Origin: Azolla caroliniana
Lineage: Eukaryota > Plantae > Polypodiophyta
Direction: 5' to 3'
DNA: 64,000 bases
Assembly: GCA_043228905.1 (NCBI GenBank)
Contig: JBHGNT010000007.1
Span: forward strand, 15,376,001 to 15,440,000
Shown: positions 12,501 to 23,761 of the stretch, piece by piece
Position numbering within the stretch: the stretch's first letter is position 1
Layout: each line of letters begins with the position of its first letter
Notes under the pieces: generated by a model
What the model was told of the DNA's origin: nothing
The model's database searches: none
Seen by the model: the letters and a program-made list of their open reading frames with translations, nothing else
Position numbers and translations under genes: made by a program

Positions 12501-14099
12501 TTCTGGACTTTCGTAACCGACTTGCAATCTTCCTTCACAGGTGACAGACAACCATGATCTCTGACTGTCCGAAAGCCGATTTCTCTCCGGAGAAGGGGAG
12601 TTACATGCCCTCCAGCCTTTGTAGCACCTTCTCGCAGTCACCGATGTGGTCCACAACGAAATTCCGGCAACCGTCCGGTTCAACCGATTCGGCCATATCT
12701 TCACCCGCACACCCTTTGATCGGGATGTGGTCCAAGAACAACATGGTGATGTCCGGCATGCAGTCCCTCAGCACTTTGTTCATTGCATTAACCATGTGCG
12801 CCACCAAGTTGGTCCCTCCTTGCGGAAGGGTACACATCCGCACTAGACCGAGAGGAGTCTACATTGTCGTCATGTTCCCTCCAGCCTTTGTAGCACCTTC
12901 TCGCAGTCGCTGATGTGGTCCACAACGAAATTCCGGCAACCATCCGGTTCAACCGATTCGGCCATATCTTCCATCGCACACCCTTTGATCGGGATGTGGT
13001 CCAAGAACAACATGGTGATGTCTGGGATGCAATTCCTCAACGCTTTGTTCATTGCGTTAACCATGTGTGCCACCAAGTTGGTCCCTCCTTGCGGAAGGGT
13101 ACACATCCGCACTAGACCAAGAGGAGTCGGCATTGTCGTAATGTTCCTGCTCTCTACGGCTAGTTGGAATTGGTTGTACCCCGAGTATAGATCCCCGACC
13201 GAATAAATCGACCTTCCGGCGAAGGCCTCCATGAACTTGTCAATGGTCGGCCCAATTCCTACATTCCAAATGGTCACCTTGTTGACCTTCGGCAAGTCTT
13301 GAATAAAGCACAACGTGCCGTTCTTCTTCGGCACAATAAACCACCGATTCAAATATGGGGCGCTCAACGGTTCGAGGATGCCCATCTCCACCTTCTGCTT
13401 TAGCAACTCCATCAACTTCGGGATGTGACCTATGGGTACCGGTATCGGCTTGAGATTCCACGGCACATGCAGTACCATGAAGATAACCATTGACTCAACG
13501 ATCATCAGGTCTACGCAGCCGATTTGCTCTGGTGAGATTGCGAAGGCCTTCCCGTGCCTCCCGAGCATTCAACGAAACCGGTCCTCCTCCGCCGGCAGTA
13601 GAAAGCCACCCCCATCGACCTTGAGTTTCCATAGCGTTTTTTCGGTGAACTGGTGTCCTATGCCGGTTGAATTCTGCAAACTTGGGTCCAACACGACCCC
13701 TTTCATTCGTTCCTCGCTGCCCTCCGATAAGGGAGCCGCAACTAACCTCACCTTCCGGTTAACAGTCTTGTACTTCGTATCTACTCGGGCCGTCTGATCC
13801 AACTCGATCGTTTTACCGAAATCAGCAATGGCTTCGTACATCCTTTTCAGAACAAATCAGAATCGTCTGGTCTTCACTAAGGCCTTCTTCGAGTGCCTTC
13901 CTTAATTCTCCATAGGCGTCGTCAAAAGAGACCGCCTCCACGGCACTGCGAATCTCCTCGTTGGGGCCATGGACTCTGTATGCCCTGAGACGTTCCTCTG
14001 CATGCTTCCTTTCCCGGTCGCTAATGCCGGTTATCGTACAACCTCCGTTGTCGGAGAACCAAAAATTCCTACCTATGGTACACATGTGGGGTTCCTCTG

Positions 14100-17000
14100 T
14101 GTTGGGATATCGGTCCCTCCGGATGGGATGTCTGGAGATGAATGACGGCAAGCCCGGTTACGGCTACGGAGCCGGATGATGAAGACCCCGGCTACGGAGC
14201 CGGATGACGAATGTACCTGGAGAAAAAGATCCGGATGCGGGGACATATTTGTGAATATGTTTGCCAAGGGCCCTTGAGGCTATATTTGTAAATAGCCCGA
14301 AAGTCATATGTGTATAAATATGACTTAGGGCAAACTGTTTGTTGCTGCTGTTCGTATTGTGTATGGCTACTCTTATGTGTGCAAGAGTGAAGAGAGCAGC
14401 CGAGAGAGAGAGAGAGACGAAGAGGTCGTTGCCTCTGTGTATTACCGCCGCCTGTGGCGAAGACAGTGAGCTCAAGGTTGTTGCCTTGTAGCTTCACCAT
14501 TGTACATCTCTGTTTATAGTGATAGTTGGAGTCTGAGGACTCCCGTGGTTTTTTTTTCCCATTTAGGGTTTTCCACGTAAAACATCCTGTGTACTACTCT
14601 TCTCTCTATTGTCTTCGTGCATTTTGTATTTCCTGTTTTCTGAGAGTTGATCCTATTCCTCGGTTGTGGCCGAGCACCGTGTTCAACAAACTGGTATCAG
14701 AGCGACGGCAGTGCAGAAAATGGAAGGCGGCGGCAGCGGGCAGCCGGGGATGATGGTGCTGAATGCGCAGAACTACGCCGACTGGAAGATAAAGATGGAG
14801 GATCTGCTCATTGTTCGGGACCTGTATGAACCGATCGACAGGTCGGAAATACCCAAGGGGGTACTTGAGACGGAATGGAGGCTTCTGAATCGGAAAGCCG
14901 TTGCAACCATTCGGCAATACGTCGACGTGAGCGTTCTACAACATGTGGCGAACGACACCAACACATATGAGATGTGGCGGAAGCTGTCGGGCCTCTACGA
15001 GAGGAAGAATGCGTTGAACCGGACCTCCCTGATGAGGAAGATAGTGAACCTCAAGTACCGGGACGGCGAGAGTATGGTGGAACACATAAGCACGTTCATG
15101 GGATTCGTGAACCAGCTTGCGGCGATCAAGTTCCCGTTGGAGGATGCAATGCAAGCCATCATCCTGATGTGTACATTACCGGAAAGCTGGGAGAACTTGG
15201 TGGTGACTCTCAGCACCTCCTGCACCGAAGAAAACTTGTCCCTACAAACGGTAAAGACAAGTATTTTGAACGAAGAAGCGCGTCGGAGAGATAAAGAACC
15301 GGCCTCCGACTCGAAGGCGCTGCTTACCGAATCGGAACGGGGAAGACAACGGAACCGGAGTCCGCAAAGACGGGAGAAGTCGGGGACCCGGTCGCAGTCA
15401 AGAGGAAGGCCCACATGCTTCCACTGTGGGAAGCCGGGGCACTTCCGGAAGAACTATCGGCATTACCGAAAAGACAACGGAGCCGACGACACCGATTCGA
15501 AGAAGTCACCGGAGCGAAACGGTGCATACCGGGGAGCCACGGACCGGAGAGGTCCGGATCGGCGAGGGCAGGACCGGAAAGGAACGACGGCACTCACGGC
15601 AAGTGAAGAAGAGATAATGCTCATTACCGAAGAGAGGGAGCTGAACCTTGCCGGTGAAGAGATGACCTGGGTGGTCGATTCCGGAGCGTCGTTCCAACTG
15701 ACCCCGGAGAAGAAATACTTCTCATCCTACACAGCCGGTGAGCACGGCTGTGTCCAGATGGGAAATGAAGGTACATGCCGGATTGCCGGCATAGGAGACG
15801 TGTGGCTGATGACATCAACCGGATGCAAGATGCTGCTGAAGGATGTTCGACACGTTCCGGAGGTTCGATTGAACCTGATTTCGGCAGGGAGGCTAGACGA
15901 TGAAGGCTACACGGGTAGCATCCGGAACGGTGTCATGAAGTTCAGCAAAGGGAGCCTGATAGTGGCTCGGGCCCGGAAGGTCAACACACTGTACCTGATG
16001 AATTCACGGATATGTCCGGAGGAGCTGAACGTGGCAGCTGACACTGCCGGTGAGCTGTGGCACAAGAGACTGTGCCACATGAGCGAGAAGGGGATGAAGA
16101 GGCTTGCCGAAGACAACCTGATACCGGTAAAGCACGTACACTTGGGGAAGTGCACCGATTGCCTGGCCGGTAAGCAGAACCGGACCTCCTTCCGCTCAAG
16201 ACCGCCGATGAGACGTAGCGCACCATTGGAGTTGGTGCACACTGACGTGTGTCAGGTAGAAACGAAGTCACATGGCGGAGCCCAGTACTTCGTGACATTC
16301 ATTGATGACCACAGCCGGAAGCTGTGGACGGCACCGTTGAAGACAAAGGACCAAGTGTTGTGCGTCTTCAAAGAACTCCACGCGAGAGTGGAAAGGGAAT
16401 CCGGCAAGAAGCTGAAAGCGATACGAGCGGATAACGGAGGGGAATACCGGGGGCAGTTCAAGGAGTACTGTCGCTCGAAGGGAATCCGGCTCGAGTTTAC
16501 TGTGCCGAAGACGCCGGAACTGAACGGGCTGGCCGAGAGGATGAACCGGACCATAATGGAGAGGGTCTGGAGTATGCTGGCGCATGCGAAATTACCCAAG
16601 GGGTTTTGGGCTGAGGCAATGTCGACGGCGACATACGTGATAAACAGATCACCCTCAGTACCTTTGGACGGAGACACGCCGCAGAGAGTGTGGACCAGTA
16701 GGGAAGTATCCTACCGGCATCTGAAGGTATTCGGGTGTCTCGCATATGTGCATGTGGCAAAGGACCGGAGAGGAAAGCTAGATCCAAAGACCCGGCCATG
16801 CATATTCCTCGGTTACGGCGACGACGAGTTCGGCTACCGAGTATGGGACCCGGTCGACAAGAAGATATTCAGGAGTCGAGATATCATCTTCATGGAGGAC
16901 AAGACACTCGCCGACTGGGAGTCGGAGAAGAAGATGAAGAGCTCCAAGTCGACCGGTGAGGATCAACTCTACGAGGAGCAGTCCCGACCGGCAAGGGGCC

Positions 17001-19390
17001 GGTTAGCACTCGAGGATCCGGCCGAAGACGGTGAAGAAACAGAACCGGCCGAGGAAGATGAAATTGATACCGGAACCGACCCCGATCCCGAAATGGATTC
17101 GGATGTAGAGGAAACGGAGGAGCCGGTTACCGAAGCTCCGAAACGGAGATATCCTCTAAGAGAGAGAAGGGCCCCCCGGAGATTTCCGGAACCAGAGCAC
17201 GTGCTGCTAACCGACGAGGGGGAGCCGGAGAGCTTTGAAGAAGCAAAGCTTGACACCCATAGCCGCAGGTGGTTAAGTGCCATGCAGGAGGAGATGGATT
17301 CCCTACATGAGAACCACACATATGAACTTGTGGAGTTGCCGAAAGGAAAGCGGGCACTTCGAAACAAGTGGGTGTTCAAGCTGAAACCGGGAGATGCCGG
17401 AAACCCCCCGAGATACAAAGCCAGGATCGTGGTGAAGGGGTTCCAGCAGAAGAAGGGCGTCGACTTCGACGAGATATTTGCCCCGGTAGTGAAGATGACC
17501 TCCATCCGTACGGTGCTGAGCATAGCGGCAAGCATGGACCTCGAGGTAGAACAGATGGACGTGAAGACGGCATTCCTTCACGGTGACCTCGAAGAAGAGA
17601 TCTACATGCAGCAACCGGAAGGATTCGAGAAGAAAGGGAAGGAGCACCTGGTATGCCGGTTGAAGAAGAGCCTTTACGGATTGAAGCAGGCTCCCCGGCA
17701 ATGGTACCGGAAGTTCAACTCTTTCATGACCGACGAAGGGTACCACAAAACGCAGTCCGATCACTGCGTGTTTGTGAAGAAGTTCGAAGGAGGAGACTTT
17801 CTAATACTCCTCCTGTACGTGGACGACATGTTGATCGTCGGACGGGACCAGGTCAAGATACGGATGCTGAAGAAAGCGCTTCACCGAACCTTCTCAATGA
17901 AGGACCTGGGTCCGGCGAGGCAAATACTAGGGATGCACATCATCCGGAACCGGAAGAAGAAGCAGTTGTGGCTGTCACAGGAGAAGTACGTGACAAAGGT
18001 ATTTCACCGGTTCAACATGTCGGAAGCAAGACCGGTCGGATCGACCCTCCCGGCAAACTGCAAGTTATCCGGCAAGCAAAGTCCCAAGACAAAGGCTGAG
18101 AAGGAGGACATGATGAAAATACCATATGCCTCTGCCGTCGGGAGCTTGATGTACGCAATGGTGTGTACCCGACCGGACATTGGATACGCAGTCGGAGTGG
18201 TGAGCCGGTATATGAGTAATCCCGGCAAGGAGCACTGGAACGCGGTCAAATGGATACTCCGATACTTAAAGGGCACTTCGAACGTGTGCCTCCGATTCGG
18301 CTCCGGTAAGCCCGAACTCGACGGCTTTACCGATTCGGATATGTCGGCTGATGCAGACACCAGCCGGTCCACATCAGGGTATGTGATGACGTATGCAGGG
18401 GGAGCTGTTTCGTGGCAGTCAAGGCTGCAGAAGACGGTTGCGTTGTCAACCACGGAGGCGGAGTACATGGCGGCTGTTGAAGCCGGCAAGGAAATAATAT
18501 GGATGAAGGACTTCATTAGAGAGCTCGGTATCCGGCAGGAAGAGTACCGACTCTACTGCGACAGTCAGAGTGCCATCCATCTTGCGAAGAACGCAGCCTA
18601 TCACTCCCGGACGAAACACATCCAGCGTAGATACCACTGGATCCGGGAAAGGATAGAAGACAAGGAGTTCGTGCTGACGAAGATCCACACGGACGAGAAT
18701 GGGTCAGATATGCTGACCAAAGTGCTCACACCCGACAACCTGGAAGCATGCCGGAAGAGGATCGGATTGGAGAGACATCCCATGCCGAAGTGAAGGGGGA
18801 GTTTGTTGGGATATCGGTCCCTCCGGATGGGATGTCCGGAGATGAATGACAGCAAGCCCGGTTACGGCTACGGAGCCGGATGATGAAGACCCCGGCTACG
18901 GAGCCGGATGACGAATGTACCCGGAGAAAGAGATCCGGATGCGGGGACATATTTGTGAATATGTTTGCCAAGGGCCCTTGAGGCTATATTTGTAAATAGC
19001 CCGAAAGTCATATGTGTATAAATATGACTTAGGGCAAACTGTTTGTTGCTGCTGTTCGTATTGTGTATGGCTACTCTTATGTGTGCAAGAGTGAAGAGAG
19101 CAGCCGAGAGAGAGAGAGAGACGAAGAGGTCGTTGCCTCTGTGTATTACCGCCGCCTGTGGCGAAGACAGTGAGCTCAAGGTTGTTGCCTTGTAGCTTCA
19201 CCATTGTACATCTCTGTTTATAGTGATAGTTGGAGTCTGAGGACTCCCGTGGTTTTTTTTTTCCCATTTAGGGTTTTCCACGTAAAACATCCTGTGTACT
19301 CTTCTCTCTATTGTCTTCGTGCATTTTGTATTTCCTGTTTTCTGAGAGTTGATCCTATTCCTCGGTTGTGGCCGAGCACCGTGTTCAACA
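14100..19390 (+). mobile_element. Young full-length Ty1/copia element H (Tnt1/Tork-like) inserted into gypsy A
   Basis: LTRs 14100-14688 and 18804-19390 (TGTTGG...TTCAACA) differ by about 4 substitutions and 2 small indels. Perfect TSD CTCTG. Met-type PBS TGGTATCAGAGC at 14692-14703. PPT GAAGGGGGAG at 18792-18801. Confidence 0.98.
14720..18793 (+). CDS. Uninterrupted copia Gag-Pol polyprotein (gag, PR, GAG-pre-integrase, IN, RT, RNase H)
   Basis: Single ORF; the first ATG after the PBS is at 14720. Motifs: CFHCGKPGHFRKNY, WVVDSGAS, LWHKRLCH, VHTDVC..DNGGEY..NGLAERMN, QMDVKTAF, LLYVDDM, FTDSDM..TEAEY..CDSQSA. Confidence 0.96.
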   Translation: MEGGGSGQPGMMVLNAQNYADWKIKMEDLLIVRDLYEPIDRSEIPKGVLETEWRLLNRKAVATIRQYVDVSVLQHVANDTNTYEMWRKLSGLYERKNALNRTSLMRKIVNLKYRDGESMVEHISTFMGFVNQLAAIKFPLEDAMQAIILMCTLPESWENLVVTLSTSCTEENLSLQTVKTSILNEEARRRDKEPASDSKALLTESERGRQRNRSPQRREKSGTRSQSRGRPTCFHCGKPGHFRKNYRHYRKDNGADDTDSKKSPERNGAYRGATDRRGPDRRGQDRKGTTALTASEEEIMLITEERELNLAGEEMTWVVDSGASFQLTPEKKYFSSYTAGEHGCVQMGNEGTCRIAGIGDVWLMTSTGCKMLLKDVRHVPEVRLNLISAGRLDDEGYTGSIRNGVMKFSKGSLIVARARKVNTLYLMNSRICPEELNVAADTAGELWHKRLCHMSEKGMKRLAEDNLIPVKHVHLGKCTDCLAGKQNRTSFRSRPPMRRSAPLELVHTDVCQVETKSHGGAQYFVTFIDDHSRKLWTAPLKTKDQVLCVFKELHARVERESGKKLKAIRADNGGEYRGQFKEYCRSKGIRLEFTVPKTPELNGLAERMNRTIMERVWSMLAHAKLPKGFWAEAMSTATYVINRSPSVPLDGDTPQRVWTSREVSYRHLKVFGCLAYVHVAKDRRGKLDPKTRPCIFLGYGDDEFGYRVWDPVDKKIFRSRDIIFMEDKTLADWESEKKMKSSKSTGEDQLYEEQSRPARGRLALEDPAEDGEETEPAEEDEIDTGTDPDPEMDSDVEETEEPVTEAPKRRYPLRERRAPRRFPEPEHVLLTDEGEPESFEEAKLDTHSRRWLSAMQEEMDSLHENHTYELVELPKGKRALRNKWVFKLKPGDAGNPPRYKARIVVKGFQQKKGVDFDEIFAPVVKMTSIRTVLSIAASMDLEVEQMDVKTAFLHGDLEEEIYMQQPEGFEKKGKEHLVCRLKKSLYGLKQAPRQWYRKFNSFMTDEGYHKTQSDHCVFVKKFEGGDFLILLLYVDDMLIVGRDQVKIRMLKKALHRTFSMKDLGPARQILGMHIIRNRKKKQLWLSQEKYVTKVFHRFNMSEARPVGSTLPANCKLSGKQSPKTKAEKEDMMKIPYASAVGSLMYAMVCTRPDIGYAVGVVSRYMSNPGKEHWNAVKWILRYLKGTSNVCLRFGSGKPELDGFTDSDMSADADTSRSTSGYVMTYAGGAVSWQSRLQKTVALSTTEAEYMAAVEAGKEIIWMKDFIRELGIRQEEYRLYCDSQSAIHLAKNAAYHSRTKHIQRRYHWIRERIEDKEFVLTKIHTDENGSDMLTKVLTPDNLEACRKRIGLERHPMPK

Positions 19391-20802
19391 CTCTGGGGTG
19401 TCAAGACTATCGCGACCCCACGCCTTGATAGCCCTCTCTAAAAATCCCCTCAGCTATCGCCGTCGAGGGTCTTGCGGTTACGCTCATGGTTCAGTCGCAC
19501 TGTCAGAAATTGGATGGAGTGCCACCCATCTTGGCTCTTCATGCGTGCGTACGCCGAACCATTATCCAACACCTTTGTTTCCATGCGTGTAGCTGTAATA
19601 TATGGTTCGCCGAGTATCACTGGGTGCGAGGATGTCTCTTGCACGAAGAAGTGTTGGTCAATCTCGACATCGCTGATTTTCACACGTACATTCGAACAGG
19701 CCCCGTGCAGCTCCTCCATGGTGCGCGTCGCCTCAAAATACAAGCACGGTTCACGTTGTTGGTTTGGCCACTTTCCCTTCTTATAGAAGTCCATAAACAT
19801 CAGTTTCATCTCGGAACTGTGGTCTATCAACGCCACCACCGACTCCTAGATGTCCCCGATCCGAACGGGGGTCTCCGTAGTAGCTCTAGCCTAGTGCAAC
19901 CTCAAATACTGGTCTTTCCGACAACTCGTCTTCCAGGGCCATGTCTTCCAGGTGCGTCGTCCGCACCTCCACGGGCATCTCCGGTTCCAGCTCCATCGAA
20001 AGCCATTTCTGCTTCACCAAGTCCACGATGGAATTCTGGAACTCCTTCTTTGCAATTCCAAGCACCTCCCTCAGCGACAACTCCACCTTACTATCAAGGA
20101 TTCGTTGTTCGAGGATCTTTCGCAAGTCCGTCATCCTCTCTATCTCAATGCCCAGCCGGTAACAAGCCTGCTTGATCTGATCTTGCGGACCGGAACTAAC
20201 GAAATCGTTCTTCCCCGGTCCACTCTGCGTCTCCTACCGTTTCGAAGGTCCGGCTCCCCCGGCCTTCCCTACTCTCTTGTCCTCCACTAGAACCTCATCC
20301 GGTCTTCTCCTCCCAGGTCGTTCCATCCGGTAACCTCTCGGATCCGCTTCTCCATGTTAATCCTTAGGGCCGGACAATAGCCTAACACAAGGTGTCCACT
20401 TAAGACACTTCACCAAAGGGTGTTACAGCGAGATAACTTACGACCCAACGCTTAATTGGACCTTAATCGGTTACTTAGCAATACATCATTAACACGCGTA
20501 AGATATACAATAAGCATAGCACGGTGAACAATACTCAATGATTAAACAAAAGGTTTATATTACTCTCTGTTAATGACTATATTATAACCGGGCCTTTATA
20601 TAGGTCACCGATGCGAAGTACAAAACGGTGCCAACCGGCACCTTTTTGGGATCGGTCCGGATCCGGATCAGCATACCGATTCCGGTCTGTCCGTCCACAT
20701 CTTTTCATATATTAATCTATATATTAAGACTAGTAATTTGAACAGATTCCTAAATAACAATTCCCCTTTTCACACCCTGGTCTTTCCCGGCCGAGTAACA
20801 CA

Positions 20803-20843
20803 TGGCACGCCCGTGGGACAGTACCTTGTACGTCGAATCCCAC
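20803..20843 (-). other. tRNA-3'-half-like sequence at the PPT position of gypsy B
   Basis: Sense strand reads GTGGGATTCGACGTACAAGGTACTGTCCCACGGGCGTGCCA, ending 2 nt before the 3' LTR. No polypurine tract abuts the LTR. Confidence 0.75.
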
Positions 20844-20899
20844 ACGAGTCCCTTACTCTTCGTTAAAGATATCTAGGATGCTTTGCTCCAGGGTCTCCA

Positions 20900-23761
20900 G
20901 TGGTTCTACGGGAATCTGTTGTGGCTGTTGTTGTTGCTGATGCTGCTGTTGTTGCTATTGATGCTGTTGTTGTAGCTGCTCCGATTGTGGCTGGGGTTGC
21001 TTCTCTGTTTGTGGCTCCGACTCTGGCTGCGGCTGTGATGGTTGCTCTGGCACCGGCGTTTCCTTCGTTGTTTCCCCCGTTGGAGTTGTCTCTGGTTGAC
21101 TTACCCCGGCCTGGTCTCCGTCTGGTCCTTGTACCGACGACGGTTCCTCATCACTGAGGTTGACCATTGCCACCTTCCTTGCTTTTTCTTCCCTAAGCTG
21201 GGACCGCTCATAGCTCTCAAACTGGATTTGAGCATCCATCCGATCGTCGGCCAGTTGAGCTATGAGTTGTCGGACCTGCACCAATTGCTCATGCGCCAAA
21301 GCTGTGAAATCTTCTACCAGCTCATCCTTTATGGCGGTGAAGTCCTCCAATGTGAGCATGTAACAGTCGTCACCTTCCTTCCGCCGGTTTTCGGCGTCCG
21401 CCCTGAGCAACTGGAGTTCAGCCGTATTCTGCGCCCATTTCCTCCACCATCACACGGAGCTCTCGTCAATCAAGCATTTGGTCTTGTTTAGCGATGCCCG
21501 GAGGATGCATTGTATCCGTTCCATTCCCATCTGTGATTTGTTCTCTGCAGTTTGTCGCTCCTCTTTCAATTGCTTGATGATTCTGACCGTGTCCGCCTCC
21601 TGCTCCCTATAATGCGACAATTGACTCTGATAGGTTGTTTGCAACCTCTGTAACACCATTGTCGCTCTCTCCTTTTCTTCATTGTGCTACATGTGGAGCT
21701 CCATCCGGTCCCTCGCCGCTTCCTCCAATAGCTTTGTATTCTCAGCCCGTTCGTCGGCGAGTGCCATTGTGGCCCCATCAACTACCTGCCGGAGCTCAAC
21801 CATCCTTTCCTGTTGTTGCTTATACTCCGTGTCCAAGCTCTTAACGTTCCGGTGCAGGTGGTCGAAGTCCTCTGTCTTCTGCTTCAGCCTCTGGTTGATT
21901 TGCCGGCGAGCGCGATCTTCCCGATCCTTTTGTTGACGGAGTTCTTCTTTCAGCCTTTCGATTTCCGTTTCCGCCATCCGTTGCAGCTTGTCCTTCTCCT
22001 CCAACAATTTTTCATTTTCCTCCTTTAGCCGGTTGTAAGCTTGATGCCCTTTTCGCAGATTTTCTTCTGCTTGGCGGAGGTTTTCAACAGTCTTCCTTAA
22101 CTCCTCTTCTACCGCTTTCTTCAAATCTCGTTCGCGGCTCCGCGGCTCCGTAGTGCTTCTTGTGCGGCAAGTTCGTCCCTTAATTCGGCAAGCTCTTGGG
22201 CTTGCGCCGCATCTTTCTCCGGGACGGTTTCTGTCTCTGGGGTCTTATTCGTATGTACAGGCGTAGTTATTGCTTTATTTTGTACATCCACCGGAGTCAC
22301 CGGTGCTTGGAGCTATGTTACGGTTAAGGCCATCTTGGCCATGTCTTCTGTGACCTGATCCAAGTCTTGTTCAAGGCACCGGATCCTTGACCGGGCCGTC
22401 TCTAGTTCATCGGTTGTGACTAGCAACCGTTCCATCTGCGCTCGTTCTTCCGTCTCTACATACAGTATCACTCCGGCAACGTGCTCTCCTATCCACTGAA
22501 GCCATTGGCTGTCGGTACCCTGTTGTTGCGTCTGCACGGAGGGTTGGCTGATAAGTTCACTTGCCAGTGGTCGGTCCCACCTAACTGCGTTGAGCTACAC
22601 TTCCTGCTCTACCTGTTGACCACTTTGCCGTTCGGGTTCCGGTTGTCTTTTGGCTTGTTCTTGGCCGGCTGAGGAAGGTGGCACATGCCTTACCGGCGCT
22701 TGCATTTCGGGGCTTGCCGGTATTACTTGTTGTGTCGGGGCTTCTGAGACCGGTTCCTCCCTTGGCGTGGGATTCTCAGTGTGGGGTAAAGGCGTTCCAT
22801 CCTTCTGTGGGTCGAAACGCTTCCTGGCTAATTCTGCGGTGCTCGTCGTCGGCCGCCGTTGGAGGTGCTCCATAGGTTCTTCCTTCGTTTCCTCCTCTTG
22901 AGTCCCGGTATTCATTCTTGCCGCTAGAGTGTCCGTTTCTTGCTGCACCGGTCGGCAAAGTGTGCTCTTCAGGGGCCGTGCCGGTGTCTCCTCTTGCGTG
23001 TCCGTCGGCTGCTTCCGGATTGCGTGCTCCTTCGCCGCCTGCTCCGTGTCGGCTGTCTTCCCATTAGTGGTCTTGGTGGCCAACAACTGCTGTCATTTTG
23101 AAGCAGCTTTCGGGGTGCCGTCCGTTGCTCTTCCCCGCTTCTTGGTCTGGACGGGCTCGACAGGTGGCGCCAATAGGGTGAGCCATTGCGCCACCGCATG
23201 CCATATTTTGTGACCTTCTTTGGCTTCCTTACCTCTTACGGTGTCAATAGCCGCACACAATCCATCGGCGATCAACACCGGCCAATCCACCTTGACCCCT
23301 TCGTATGTTGCAATGATCACGCCTGCTCGGTTCTAAGGCATGACGGGGGGTCGAGGGTATACGTGGCCGAACTCATGGAGTACACGGGAAATTTCTCGGA
23401 ATAACATATCTTCTCCGCCCTGTGTCCTGTAGCCCTTGCTGGCCAGAGAATACTCGCCGAAGTATTTGATGAGCCGGTTGTCAATCGTATAGATGCCCCC
23501 CTCCGGAAGGCCTGTTAGTGCACGAATCGCTTCCTCCGTGATCAGCTCGGTGTCAATTTCTTTGATGATCTTGTCGGCTTCTCTGTCCGGTGGTGCTTCC
23601 ATGATTGTGAGGAACCCCTCCAATTCGTGTTGTCGTAGCCATTTCTTGGCGGCCTCAGAGAGAGTCTGGCAGTCCATGTCTGCGTCGAGGTCGGACAACG
23701 TTGGTGAGGGCTGTGTATGAGGAAGCTCTATGTGTGTTGGCTCTCTTCTGATGATCTTCAA
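20900..23761 (-). pseudogene. Extra ORF of gypsy B downstream of pol: PMD/Transposase_32-like N-terminus, low-complexity linker, long coiled coil, Q/P/E-rich tail
   Basis: Collinear minus-strand ORFs 23333-23761, 23093-23320 (EGVKVDWPVLIADGL), 22595-23086, 22313-22537, 21687-22124, 21450-21659 and 20955-21410, separated by stops and frameshifts. Confidence 0.75.

Noticed and set aside
14666-14719. Listed start of the 1375-aa ORF
   Set aside because: It is a non-ATG start inside the LTR/PBS; the plausible ATG is at 14720.
14773-18855. Numerous antisense and alternative-frame ORFs over the copia and gypsy coding regions
   Set aside because: Expected by-products of GC-rich coding sequence; no recognisable motifs.
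20760-20900. A genuine tRNA gene
   Set aside because: Only T-arm, acceptor 3' strand and CCA similarity is present. There is no D-arm, anticodon arm or A box, and the T-loop is interrupted.
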